Assembly: GCF_052425735.1 (NCBI RefSeq)
Contig: NC_135763.1
Span: forward strand, 1,860,001-1,924,000
Length of the DNA: 64,000 nucleotides
Direction of reading: 5' to 3'
From: Oculina patagonica
Lineage: Eukaryota
Shown here: positions 23,036 through 46,376 of the stretch, piece after piece
How positions within the stretch are numbered: position 1 is the first letter of the stretch
Layout: each line of letters starts with the position of its first letter
Notes under the pieces: generated by a model
Database searches by the model: none
Told to the model about the DNA's origin: nothing
The model's input: the letters and a program-made list of their open reading frames with translations, nothing else
Made by a program: the position numbers and the translations under genes

Positions 23036-26000
23036 CAAAGCATTTTCCATGGTGTAATTTGTTTATTTTATTGGTACTGAGATTTTTTCGTGCCATGCTT
23101 ACGAACAAGCGAAAGTACACAAAACGGCGTCGAGGCAAAAAGTGATTCAAAGCTGGAACATAGTCAAAAGTATTTTAAATTCTAAATTGTCTTAAAAACT
23201 AGAAGGTTAAAATTAGGATTTTTCCACGTTCTTAAGGTCAAGTGTCTGCTAACAATGGCAGAGGTCACTACCTGCTAGGAAGAATTCACGTTCAACTAAA
23301 CAAGTCGCTGCCCGAGTCATGTTCATCTTGGCAGTGTGCGATTCGCGACCAGATTTATTGTAAAAATCTAAATGGAAAAACGTTTCCCCCCTCAATTAAT
23401 ATACCATTACAAAAATGTCATAGCCTACTTACCAGTATTCTAGTAAACTTTGAAGCGAAGTAATTAATAAGCTCGTATTCATTACCATCTTTGTCTTTAG
23501 TTTGAGACTTCAATCCACAAAAGTAATAATTATTGAGCAGTTTGAGTTCCACAGCGGAGTTATCTTCGATTCTCCTCGCCTTCCCAAGTCTTCTGGAGTA
23601 GCGTTTACATCTTGTTGAGTTTTGTAAAGAGCAATTATTGCTTTCTTGACGTGAAATGAAGTTAAAAGCAAACCTTTCTTCTGTTTTGATTTTTGAAAGC
23701 CCGCGATTTTTGTGCAACGGCTGCCGTGCAACCCTGTACGTTCATTCATCACTAGTGAAATTTCATCGTTCGCGTTGATGATTGGACGAACGATGTTTTT
23801 TCACTAGTGAAATTCCATCGTTCGCGTTTCTGATTGGCTAAGCTCTGAATCAGTACGATTTTAACTCCCTACGATTTTCATGAGTAAATCTCAGTACCTA
23901 TGAAATAAAAACCCTCACCTATATGTTACTGGGCATCCACGTTATGGTCAATTGACAGCTGTCAATACAAGGTGTCCGCTGACCAGTATCACGTGACCAT
24001 ATTGCGAGCTCAGGTGTATAACTCATCGAGGTAACGCGTTTTTATAAAGTTAAACGCTGACCGGAAAATGGTTTTTCTATTGGATTGCGGGCTCATTACC
24101 AATTTTTGATGCCTATGGTCAGTGAATTCATATATGTGTTACAGTAGTTTATTTTACTACTGCTTTATTTTTTTGGGGTGAAAACAACATTTATTTAACA
24201 TTTGGTTCCTTAGCGGACGCGTATTGCAAACGTATACATCTTCATGTTCAGAGACATTTTATAGGTTCAGTAGGGAGAAATTTTAACTGTTTCTAATGTT
24301 TTAGGATCTACCAGCCTGTAAGTTCTAAATTTCACCAAGAATGGGGAATAATCTCACTAGGTAAAGTTTCACTAAGACTGTTACAGAGGGATGTATTTGA
24401 GCCCTTTTTTCCTAAAAAAAAAAACAGGCAACCAAAAAAGTTGCTCTTTAAATAATCTCGAACCTAGAACGCGGTCCTCGACAGAAGCCAATCCCGTGCC
24501 TCGTGTCTTAAGTCAGTATAAGGAATTTTAACTGATAATCTTGACTTAAAAAAGAAAAGGTATACCAGAATTGCCTTTTTGTGGCGACTCAAATCCATTT
24601 AACCTAACAGTTTGGTGACTGCTTTAAATAATTAAACAATAGATTGTTCACCTGTCGAGGAACTATCGGGTGATAGCTGGCCGGGGAAATTAGCCCGAGA
24701 AGCGAAGCTTCGAGGGTTAATATGCTAGTTTATTGTTTAGAGTTATTACGGTAATAACTTTGAAAAAAAATAGCATTCAGTCTTTGGGACACCAAAGAGA
24801 CGGCCATAAAATTATGCAAGAGTAAAACAGATTCTGTAATCTATATCATTAGCTTTTGCTTCACTTTTAACCGCATCTACAATATAAAAATAACATAACA
24901 AAAAATGGCAAATGTAGAGTTGGGGGGGGGGGGGGGCGGTTCCTAATCACGAATCACGAGCCTTTTTCCCTCGAATCACGAATAACGTATATATTAAGGG
25001 AATTTCACGAATTCGAAGTAGCTGGTTGGAGTTTTGGCAAGCCTCTGTCTCTAAGTGAAGGAACTAAACACGGACCGTTTATCAGAATTTTGGCTGCTTG
25101 CTGCTATTGCTGTTAGCGTTCTGTAAATTCTGAAGACACGGGCAGAATATAATGTTGAAGGATCCTAGTCAGCCAAGGCTTTCTTCTTGTTTACATACGA
25201 GGGTTTTGGTTTTTATATTTTACTCAGAGTGCCTCTAAACGAAAAAAATCCCTCTGAAACTGTTAAAGGCAATTAAATAAACTTCCAGTAACACAACTTA
25301 CAGCCAATGAAATTAAATAAGATTTTGTTTCACCATACTATTTTCTTAAGTCGATGGCGTCGAAATTAATTATGAAAATGGCGGAGGTTGACTGGGTCCT
25401 TTACGTTTTTTTATCCAACATGACAAAGATATTCGTTCCTTGTCACAGATCAGAAAATACGTTTGTTGATACATCACAAATTTTCAAATTCGTTTCATTC
25501 CGTAACGACGCACTGAATCGATAATCGACGATAAGAAAATTAAATTTGTAAAGAGATGACGTTTTTCACGTCAAATGCGTGAAAAGAATAGCTGTAGTTT
25601 TGTAAGACACAACAGTTTAGATCTTAGCATAGTTATGACGCCAGATGAATTGTCTGTAAAGAGATAAAACGCACATGGTAGTTAATAAAGGTTTTATTTC
25701 TTCGCCAACCCTTAAGACCCATTACACTGTATAGAATACCTGTTTGACAGTTTTAGAACCCAGTAAATACACACTGAGGCGTGTGCTCAGGGGACGGGGA
25801 CACTGAACGCAAGGTATTATTGTTATATCCCTGGTCGTTTTCATGTTTTTGGTAAAATAATATCATTCAACGGTCATTCCAACCGGTTTCATCCAGGAAA
25901 TCGTAAAAGTCCTCTGCGGAGACCCAAGAACCCAAGCGAAACCTTAAGAACCTCAGAAACTTGAAGAATCCAGAAATAAACGCAGAAACTTGAAGAACCC

Positions 26001-27864
26001 AATAACAGAAAACACACACACACAAACAAACAAGAATCCAGAAACTGTACTTTTTCCTTTGACACACCGGAATGACGTGACCGGTGTCTTGGAGAATGCA
26101 CCTTATTTGGGTAGCAACCTTTCTCACCACTGAGCGTTGCGTGACGAACCACAAAGCAGCTGCAAAGGACACTGTTTTCTTATTGGGTTATTACCTTAGG
26201 GACTATTGTTGACTATTGTTTAGCAGATCATGGTTTCATATCATATTCTTTGTGGACTTTCGATTTCTGATAGAGAAATGTACTTCCGTTTTCAAGTATC
26301 AAGCACGTACGTTCTTTTATGTCAGTATTGCAAAATCTTTTACCCCCTTTCTCAGTTTCAAGCATTCGAAACTTATTAGATAAATAAGTTTTTTAGCTTT
26401 TCTTTTTTAACAAGATTCTTGTTAAATTGTTAAGATGTGTCATTCTGGAATCTTCTCCTCTACAGGGCGGGGGATGGGTAATCTCTTATATAAGGGTCAT
26501 GTAAACCATACGGAGACTAAAAGAACTTATTTTCATTTAGGCCGGCAAAGATGGCTAACAAAAGAGAACGCCAAAAGATACCATTCATATTTACCACCTT
26601 AGAAACGCACGCGGGCAGGTCTAAAAACGGTTGTTAGTGGAAAATATAAGAATTAATAAGGCACGTCTTTTTGTCTGATATCAAACCGGGATACATTTTA
26701 GAAACACGCACAGTTGATTTAAAATTCAACGGTAACAAAAGCAACCCAACTTCTCTATGAAAACTGCATTCAGATCATTCAGTATACTAGTAGCACTAAT
26801 ATAACGAAATTAGGCCACTACAATTAAAACTTTTTTTTATTATCAGCGGTAAATACTTCTGCTATTTCCTGCGTGGATGACATTGTAGACGCAAGTTAAT
26901 TTGTTTTCGTCTGCGACCTGTGTTCAAGTGAGTGACAGCTACTGACAGCGGCGCTTGGAAGCGTTTTTGGTTAATTCTCGTTCATGACGAAATTGTATCA
27001 GGAAAAAAAATCACAATTAGAAAATGAAAAGCTAGGAAAAAGGTGTTCGCACAAGTCAATGTCTCACTGGAAACCAAGTTTCTAGTTTTGCCCGTACACC
27101 GGTACACGTACATTGTTTCTCCGCCTCGTACCCAGACGCCTCTCTCCCGTGGTCCCTCACGCTTCGCGCTCGTCACCAGTCACCGCGCTCGCTTTGTTCT
27201 CGCTTTGTTACAGCGAAAATCGAGGCGCCTGAGGAGGAGGCTGTTGTTTCTCGCTAATATGAATGCGAAAACGCGCAACATGAGCGCAGCTAAAATTAGC
27301 GAAAACGCCCACCCAATCGCAATGATATATCTCTTAACGAACTTCTATTGTGTTAAACGAGAAAAACTTAAACATTCCATCGAGGGTGTAAATCTTTAAT
27401 GATTTCAAACTAAGTTTGACAAAGGAACTTTCCGTCACTTTAAGTATTCTATTTGTAGGATTTGGCTTCAAGTTGTTTGCACCAGAATCAAACGAGCCAG
27501 TACTTGAGTAAAATACAAACGCGAGTGAAGAATTTTCAGCCTAACAAACAATCAAACAATCCATGTTTGCTACTCTTAACAAGTACATTACCAGTCACCG
27601 ACTTGAAAACAGCTGCGGTCTCATTTGAGAAGCGCAAATTGGCGCAGGATTTGACTACACCTTAACTTGCCACGAGCTTCAACTTGTCACCAAACAGGTA
27701 AAATAATTTCCACATTGAGTATTTGAAAAATACAAAGCGAATGAGTATCAAACCGTTTTTTTGCCTTTCTTTTTTTGTAAATCATGCTCACAAAGCCGTC
27801 AAGCTTATTTCTTAAACTTCCTTCGTAAAAATTAAGTTGAAGTGCGAACTGCCTCCACATGCTC

Positions 27865-28211
27865 CCACAGGCCGCCCAGACGTTGTATTCGATTTAGGTG
27901 ATTATAAGACAATACACGAGAATGCTTTGAAAATTGCTCTAAATAGTACTTGTATGAAAGATTTGAATAAAAATGTCTTACCTTATGTTTATCTTGCGTT
28001 ATTTTGACATTTATGTGCTTCTGGAGTGGGTTTAAAGACGTTGTGCTTCTCCTAAAGCATCGCACAACGTCGGAAAGAAAAACTCGGCTTTAAACCCACT
28101 ACAGAATCACAGAAATGTCAAAATAACGCAAGATAAACATAAGGTAAGACATTTTTATTCAAATATTTCATACAAGTACTATTTTAGAGCAATTTTCTGG
28201 ACGGCCTGTGA
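27865..28211. mobile_element. Foldback/palindromic element with ~110-bp inverted arms
   Basis: 27930-28040 is the near-perfect reverse complement of 28085-28196; outer arms cacaggccgcccaga / tctggacggcctgtg. Confidence 0.8.
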
Positions 28212-28717
28212 TGCTCCAGGTGTTCCTTTACAAGAGACACCTGACATAGAACTGTCATGAAAAAGAAAAAAAACTCTAAATGCTATTTCCTTTTATTCGT
28301 TTGCTGGCGAATGCCAGTGATAAACTTGTTTCAGAGTTTTTTTTACTACTAGCGGAAAAGGAAACAACAACAAAAAAGTTACATCTCTTGAGTGAAATGG
28401 TATCAAATTTTAGTAACAGGTTTACAAATGCAAATATTTCTCCTGGGCAACTGAATTTGGGAGATTAAATTGATGAGTCCGACTGTCGGTCGCTTCGACT
28501 TATTGCCAATTTTAGGGAGCAGATAAGAATCAGGTTTTCGGCCACTTAACATCTATTTTAGTTGTTTGCGAAAAATGAAACGCAATAGCGTATTAAACTT
28601 GTTATGAAGTCAGACCTGTTTTGAAGTGAAATGTAAAAAAAAAAAAAATTCAAAACATATGATAATAACAATTTATTGCAGAGACATTTAAGTTATCCAA
28701 GACCAAAGACTTCAGAA

Positions 28718-31102
28718 ATGGACTTGCAATCTTTTCTATTTCACGTTGCGTTATTCCTCGTGCAGCTTGTTGCCATGACAACAGGATCGAAATTTTACTG
28801 TCAAGGAACCTGCTACAAGGGGACGTTCTTTCCCGAGCAGCATGTGAGCAAAGACCAAGCTCTTCTAGCGCATTCATACCGAAATATCAGCGGCAAGACG
28901 GACCAGGAATGTTTTAGTGCCTGTATCAATGACTGCCGATGTGTTTCGTTTCAAACACAAGATTCCAGATGTGAATTGTTAGAGGAGGACAGAGAGACAG
29001 CTGGACAGGATTTTCAGGAGTTGCCAGGATACAATTACTACGACATCATTCAGGAATTTGTACAGCAGGTACGTAATTCTTTAATAAACCTCGTACCTAG
29101 AATTTTCTCGGCCTGCATAACCACTGCCCTTTTGTCAACTTTTGAATAGGACATCTAGTATAAACAAAAATATAAAACGCGGTATTTTTAACCATACTTC
29201 AGTCGCTTTAGTGTTGTGTTCTTCTAGGCCATCCCCTTTTTTTTTCGTTTATCGTCGTATTGTTTTCTGATTTTGGGTCGGCGGTCGGAAAAAAAAAAAA
29301 AAATTCAAAAAAAAAGTGGATAAGGAGCTGGAACTAGGAGGCCCGGACCTCAGCATAATGTCCGTGGAGCCTGGAAAAAGAAGACATGGTTACAAAGTCA
29401 ACATGGCGGCAATGGAGGAAGGAAAATCGACGTCGTGGTTAAACTCAAACAAAAAAGCGTAAAAAGGATGAAACATTATTTAAAATAATGTGTCATTGCC
29501 TTCTATACCTTCTGTGTAATTTTTTTTTTGAAAACGCGAAAATCTGGGTCGGTCGGACGACGCTAAACAGAGAAAGAAAAGGGGATGGCCCTACAACTGT
29601 TTGATGAAAATGCTACCCTTTTGCTATTTTTTTAAATATCGATAATTTGTGCGTTAAAATCGCGAGCGATCATTCTCGGGTAATGAGGCGATTAGCTATG
29701 GCCGCACAGGTAATTATATTATCTGTACATCGAAGCTACTTTTTATCCAGTAAGGCAGTCGCTTGTTAGTCCTTGTGGCAATCTCGAGCTCTTCCTCAGA
29801 GGCCGCGATGATTTTGGTCGGCACCAAAATCGAGACCTCTGGGCGAGACTGAAAGCCTGCCAAAACCACGGCCAAATCTTAATGGCTGTTGAAAACTAGT
29901 AATTTAATCCACAATCTCCGCTGCATGCGCACAATCAAACTGGAACCAGGACAAACATTTGATTCCGTGCGTGCGTCGGTTTTTTTTTTATCAACCAGAG
30001 GCCGGCTCTGAGAACGAGATTGTCCTTACAGTAGAGAAGGGTGTGTAAGGCGCATGCATAGCATGCTTATATAGATGTTTTATTTACACAGGATTCTGCT
30101 AATTGTTTAAACGGCTGCTGTCGATCGAACCCGTGCTTACACGGTGGAACATGTACAGAACTCTGCAGCGACGTGAAATTAAAATTCACTTGTGCGTGCC
30201 CTTTGGAATACGAAGGCAGATTATGTGAGATCTCACTTCCGACATTCCCTCCAGCCTCTACACCCGCTGCACCCCCTCCACCCGCTCCAACCTCTACACC
30301 TGCTCCAGCCCCTACACCTGCTCCAGTCCCTACAATCGCTCCAAACCCTACACTCCCTCCAACCGCTGCACCCCCTGCGCTCTCTCCAACCCCTGTACTC
30401 TTTACACTCTCTCCAACCACTACACTCCCTCCAGGTCCTCCACCACCTCAGGGTTCATGTTTGGACATCAAAACAACGTCACCACAAGCAGCAAGCGGGG
30501 TATACTCCATTGACGACGGATCGGGCAATCTCTTCAAGACCTACTGCGATTTCAGCTCCGAGGCAGAATTCGTTTGGACTTTGATAGAATCGTTTGCTTT
30601 TAGTATGGCAAGGTCTGACTCGATCAAAGAGGAGGGATTTCAAGACAACGTTCCCAGAAATGAAGCGAGCCTGGATTGGCTCGATTTTCGATTGTCCAAG
30701 GCAAGAATGTATCACATTAGAAATCAGGGATCGACGCATTTCAGAGCGACTTGTGATTTCGAGAAAGATAGCTTTGACATTGACGCTGAATACCTGAGAG
30801 GAAGTCTTTCGACCGTTGATTTTTTCTCGCCGGCAGGCCAGGAAATCAACTCACAGTGCTATGAATACGAGAGAGTGAGAGTGTACGGATATGGCTGCGA
30901 CAACTGTACGGCGGAGACCTGGCACGGAAATGGCCGTCACGCTTACTTAGAGGATGATCAATGTGAATTACGAGCTGCTTTGAACTATGATGGTTCGCAT
31001 CGAGAGTATTTTGGGTATTACCAAGCGGTCAACCAAAACCACCAGTGTTCAGCCTCTGATGGGTCAACAACACAGTGGTGGCTTGGAGTGAAGCTGTATT
31101 AA
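28718..31102 (+). CDS. Secreted PAN/apple-EGF-fibrinogen-like domain protein, paralog B (453 aa), with Pro/Thr/Ala-rich linker
   Basis: Exons 28718-29068 and 30092-31102, same structure as paralog A, plus a 66-aa Pro-rich insert after the EGF domain. Confidence 0.88.
29227..29590. mobile_element. Harbinger-like MITE in paralog B intron
   Basis: CTA|ggccatcccctttt...aaaaggggatggcc|CTA; the equivalent site in paralog A (~21450) is empty. Confidence 0.8.
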
Positions 31103-31507
31103 TCAGAATGCTATGTTACGAAGCAAGCCTCACTAAAAGACAAATCATCCCTCTGTAACCGACTTGGTAAAACCTCGCTAACGATTCGATGAAAACCTTC
31201 CTAGTGCAGATCTTGCCACACCTCAGCAGGGACGAATAAAACTGATCTGGGAATGTTTTAAAATCTACAGAACTGTGAGATCAACAGGTCCACCAGGAAG
31301 GGGGAATTATCTCACCGGGTGGAGTTTTACTAAGTTTGTCACAGAGAGGATTTAATTTAGCCCCCTTTTTTATAAAAAACAAACAAACAAAACGAAACAG
31401 AAAAAAAAAAAAAAAAAAAAAAAAAGAACACGCAGATCAAGTAAGCTCCAATTTGGAACTTGGTCCTCGACAGAAGCTCATCCCGTACCTCAGTCAGTAG
31501 GAAGTAA

Positions 31508-31706
31508 GGGACGGACCATTACTTTTCTGGAGGGGGATGAGAAATATTGAAAAAATTGTTTGCAGGGCCTAAAACGACAAATTATAAATTGCTTGCAAAC
31601 ACGATATGTTTAAAAAATAGTTTGTTCTTCGGGAAAAAAAAGGTTTCAGAGGAACATTATCTTTTTCATACCCCATCCTCCCTCCAGGAAAATAATGGTC
31701 CGTCCC
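31508..31706. mobile_element. Harbinger-like MITE
   Basis: TAA|gggacggaccatta...taatggtccgtccc|TAA. Confidence 0.82.
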
Positions 31707-33890
31707 TAAGGACTTAGTCGGAAACATAGCCTTTACTAAACATTAAATTCTCCCATGTATAACTGTAGAAAATGTATGAAGATAGCAACGATAACTTTTA
31801 TTCCTGGTTTAAGAGGCTTCGATCCCTTAGCAAAGAAGGAGAGTGGAAACCTCGTTTCTATGGTCCTCTCCTTCAGCCCTGGGAATGAAGCTGGGACGGT
31901 GGGGGCTTCCACATAGTGACGGGGGTAATCGCCAGAAATTACAAAAGGAACTTGGCTATTTGTGGCATACTTCGAATCCATTTAGCCTGATATCTTTGGC
32001 GATTACTTTAAATAACTTTCGGCTATTTGTTACTTCATGGCCATTTGCTTGCTACAGCTAATGTAACCTGCGATCAGGCTCGAGAAAAATAACGCCTGAT
32101 CGCAGGTTACAGCAATGGCCATGTCCGCTACCTGTGACGTAATATCAGTCACACTTTGAGGATAGTTCACGCGGCCTACAAGGGATTGGATGAATACCTT
32201 GATTTCCCTTTTAGTGTGTATTTTAAATTTTACGAAAATGAAAAAGTGCCAGTGCTAGGCAGTTACCCTAGTGAGTCTGGAACAGGCACGTTAACATTTG
32301 AGGAAGGCTATTTTAAAATTAGTTATCTTACGGCGCTTTCCACTAATCAGAACTGGCTCGGCTAGTCCGGCAAATTAGAGAACAGAATTTCGCTGCTAGT
32401 CAGATTTGTCCTGTCAAATCAGTTAATGCATAAATATTATACATGCTATGGCGGATTTTTTGAAAAAACCCGTGGAAAGGCCCTTCTCGCAATCAAAACC
32501 ACTGGGCTGGCCGGCCAGTTCTGACTAATGAAATGCGCCCTTAGTGTCAGTTCACACCAATTCAGGCCTCTCAGGAGCACTGTTTTCCAGTTTGTGCCAT
32601 AAAAATATTCGATTTTTGTCAAAGTTCAGAAAATACGTTTGTTGATACATCACAAATTTTACACTGCTTTTCATTCCGAAACGAAGCACGGAATCGATAA
32701 GAAAATTAAATTTGTAAAGAGATGACGTTTTTTTACGTCTTATACGTGAAAAGAATATCTGAAGCTTTGTGAAAACAACAGTTTAGATTTTAGAGTATTT
32801 ATGACGTCAGATGAATTGTCCGTGCAGAGATAAACCGTAGTTAATACAAGTTTTTTTTATTATTATTCGCCTGACATCATTTAAGACCCATTACGCTGTA
32901 ATTTGCATGTTTGACCAGTTTAGAACACAGTGAATACACACTGATGTGTGTGCGCAGGGGACGAAAGACGATGAAAGGTATTATTAGGAAGTGGTTGTTC
33001 ACCGTTGCTTGATCGACATTCATTCCAATATTAGGTATTGTCGAGTACGCTTTTCGAACATTTAGAACAACCCTTCTCAAAAAGCTGTATATGTTTAACC
33101 ATCGAGTAACGTATATATGCATTAAACACAAATAAATCACGAGATAATTTCTACAATTTCATTTTCATCCAATGCAAATAGCATACTTTAGGAATGCTGG
33201 AATGGGCTGTGTAAAATTTCCAGCTAAGAAGTAAAACAAATGTTAATAAAAACACCTTATATCCACTGCGAATAACTGCTTACTATATTACAATACGACC
33301 ACTAAAGTAAAACGTTCCACACCTTGTGTCCAAATTGAAGATTTTGACCAGTAGTGGCACGGTTACTTATTTTCTAAGCTATTTTTCCTATCTGCCGACA
33401 TCATACATCACCCCAGTGAATGACGGGGTCGAGGAGGATACTCGGTACGTATCAGATGAATCACTGTATAATATTAACAATAAATTTCTATTTTTCTTTT
33501 CACATCTTCCCACTTTACAATAACCAGTGGATTGTTAGTGTACGCAAATAACCTGCCTCCTTCCCAAGGCCTTAATTTTAATTTAGACGCCAGAATTACA
33601 AGCCTCGCGCAAGATTCCCGCCGAGCAGGGGACGAGGCAGATAAATAACGAGCGACGTCACACCACGTATTACGTTACAGTCACGCTCTAATTTCTGGAC
33701 ACCTATTTCCTTTCATTTTGAATAATATTTCTTTTTAATTGGCTAATGTAAAACTTTTGTAAAATCATTTGAAATTTCTAAAACATTTTTTGTGCTTCCA
33801 CCATCGATGAGTTGTCACGTAACGATTTTAAATCGGAGAGGCGTTGCGTTACAACGCTTAGCTTGGAGCAGGAGCGAAGGAGGGCAAACT

Positions 33891-43879
<9,989 letters not shown>

Positions 43880-44481
43880 TTTGAAAGACACCCAACCTAA
43901 GGATGGGCCGATACTCGATACCAAATATTCGATACATCGATATTTTCACATTTTGAAAAGTATCGATACTTTCGAAAAATATCGCACTCGATACGTTTTC
44001 GATACTGCACACGTGACCTGAGCCTGCGGTCTTCTGTCAGCACCTGAGGTTTAAAAATGCACTTTTGCGAAAACAAGTATTAATTTTCTTGTCAATAATT
44101 GGATTTTCAATTGCCGACTTGATCTAGTCCACAGTGAAACAAAAAGATAAAAATCAACATTCCTGTCTAATATTTATAATGCTCGGACTGTCCTTGTATG
44201 GTCAAACAAATCACGTGACATACCAATGACGTCAGTACGGGATGACGTCATAATATCGATATCGATATCGATATCGAGAAAAAAGGCAAATATCGTATCG
44301 ATATCGTATCGTTTTGAAAAACCTGTATCGGCCCATCCTTAACCCAACCGAGCAAGCTGGATTCAAAATGAAGACTGGGCTCTAGAAATTCCGCAGACCT
44401 CTCTACTAACGATATCGCGGGCATCGAATAAGAACTTTCCTTCCTCGAAAGACTCAAATTTTTTCGATAGTCTGCAGAAAT
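43880..44481. promoter_or_regulatory. Putative bidirectional promoter ATE1/TIMM13
   Basis: Divergent start codons 602 bp apart; YY1-like ccgccattttg overlaps the ATE1 ATG. Confidence 0.7.
43898..44341. mobile_element. hAT-type MITE (8-bp TSD) in the ATE1/TIMM13 spacer
   Basis: ACCCAACC|taaggatgggccgatac...gtatcggcccatcctta|ACCCAACC; perfect 17-bp TIR; atcgat subterminal repeats. Confidence 0.92.
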
Positions 44482-46376
44482 ATGTCTGATTTTGGCTTTC
44501 CCTCATCGTCATCGTCAAGTTCCTCCAGTGGAATGAATGGAGCTCAAAGAGCTGAATTGATGGACCAAGTTAAAAGTCAGCTTTTAGTTGCAACGCTTCA
44601 GGAATTGCTTTCGGTAAGTTGTACCAGAGTTGTGCGTTGCCGGTACATGTGCTCAAAACGTGTGTAAGATAGCTTCCATTTGTATATTAAAATATATTAT
44701 CCACATGCACGTCTAAAATGACATGAATCAAATCTCAGTCCAGCTAGCTCTGAATATGGTGCACTTAGAGACTTTTTATCTCAATTTGTAAAATCGGTGT
44801 TAAGGATGATGAAATGTTCTGAACGTTTTAAACATCCATGTACGTTGGGCCGTGCCAATATCCCCCCCCCCCCCCCCATTTAGGTATTACCTTCAGATAA
44901 AAGAGGATTTGAGAATGAGTAGGTGTACCCTCTGATTTTGGTGATGCTTAACCCCCCCTCCCTCTCAGAAATTTTGTAATTTAGATTTTTTAACCCAAAA
45001 ACCCCTACAAAAGTCTGCAATTTTGACAAAGGCCCTGCCAGGATATAAAATTCCGACAAGCGACATGGCCCAAAAAGTGGCGACAGCACATTAAATAAAA
45101 TCGCGAAAATCGACAACCCCTTTTGAAAAAAATTTAAATTCCGACAATTTTCCTTCAATTTTACTACCAACAGCGATGCAACGTTTGATAAAACAGCGAC
45201 ACGGAGCATTTTTAAATTTAGACAAGCGACATAGGAAACCCCCCCCTCCCCCCTTGGCATGGCCTCTTGACAGCTTTTTATTTGTGAATTGCAATCTGTG
45301 AAGTACAATCCAGTAGCTGGTCCGTAACCATTATTTTGTAGACAACATCAAGCCACTGCACACTAATGGCATTTTGCATAAGAACACAAGTAGAATTCCA
45401 CCAATAGCTGCTGTTAGTGGACTGACCCTGGTTTCTTTTACTTATCCACTAGAAAATGTCAGAAAAATGCTTCAAAAAGTGTATTTACAAACCAGGTGCA
45501 CAGCTTGATAATTCCGAACAGGTAAGACTAAAATCTACAGCATACCATACAGTTCCTCATAACTACAGTGCAGTGCCAAAGAAATATATACTGTTACATC
45601 TGCTACAAAATTATTTTGTGTGAATTTGACTACCTGCAGGGACGTAGCTAGGATTTTTCAAAGGGGGGCACTCTTTGTGACATCTAGGGTGCTGACCAGA
45701 TTGTTATGTCAAGATCCATGCTGTGTTTTACTAAAAGAGACATTTTTTCGGATGAGAATGAGCGTGGGGGGAGGGACAAGCCTACAAAATAGCTGCATAA
45801 ATGGAATATCTAACACTGAAAAAGAAAGATTTATGCAATGTTGATTCTTCAGATTTGCATGTTTTCTCTACTTGAATTATAAGGTTTGTACCGGTATGTT
45901 GTTGACTTAACAAAAAAAGGGGGAGGGGAGCAGTCATGGGCACCCCAGGATTCCCCTAGCTACGCCATTGACCTGAAATTAACAACTTCTGCCTTCATGT
46001 ACTGTTGGATCCTGATAACTCGAACCTTCAAGGGAAAAAAAAAAGGTTCAAGATATCGGGAGTTCAAAGTAATTGAGGGTAAAATTAGTAAGAAAACAAC
46101 CTGGAGGGAATCAGAAAAGGTTCGAGTTTAATAGCGGGAGGTTTGAGTTATTGAGGGTTTGAGTTATCGAAATTCAACTGTAGTATACCCAGATGGTATT
46201 TGTTATCTCAAGAACTGCTATAAGCCAATTGAAAGTAATAACCTCAATCATTGTTACTCTTTTTCCAGAAATGTATATCCATGTGTATGGATCGCTATAT
46301 GGATGCTTGGAATACTGTATCAAAGACATACCAGTCCAGGCTTCAGAGAGAACACACTCAAGGAGGAAACTTTTAA
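44482..46376 (+). CDS. TIMM13: Mitochondrial import inner membrane translocase subunit Tim13 (102 aa)
   Basis: Exons 44482-44613, 45453-45521, 46269-46376: ...[19 protein letters not shown]|[23 protein letters not shown]|[21 protein letters not shown]...; twin CX3C motif. Confidence 0.95.
45029..45266. mobile_element. (G/A)AG...CTC MITE with 6-bp TSD and cgaca arrays
   Basis: TTGACA|aaggccctgcca...tggcatggcctc|TTGACA. Confidence 0.72.
45637..45970. mobile_element. hAT5-like MITE (5-bp TSD) in TIMM13 intron
   Basis: ACCTG|cagggacgtagctagg...cctagctacgccattg|ACCTG. Confidence 0.72.
46002..46180. mobile_element. Tc1/mariner-type MITE, same family as 8646-8820
   Basis: TA-flanked; shares gataactcgaaccttcaaggga...gagggtaaaattagtaagaaaa with the other copy. 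Confidence 0.8.

Larger units (their letters stand above)
16290..32990 (+). repeat. Tandem segmental duplication: unit A ~16290-25860, unit B ~25900-32990
   Basis: Colinear shared blocks: gacccaagaacccaag (16302/25921), tatcagcggtaaatacttctg (17077/26841), putative 5'UTR exon donor aaacag|gtaa (17765/27697), both coding exons, and 3' flanks (24470/31460, 25451/32627). Confidence 0.9.

Noticed and set aside
30067-30797. Alternative-frame and antisense ORFs over paralog B exon 2
   Set aside because: Shadow ORFs of the repetitive Pro-rich coding strand.
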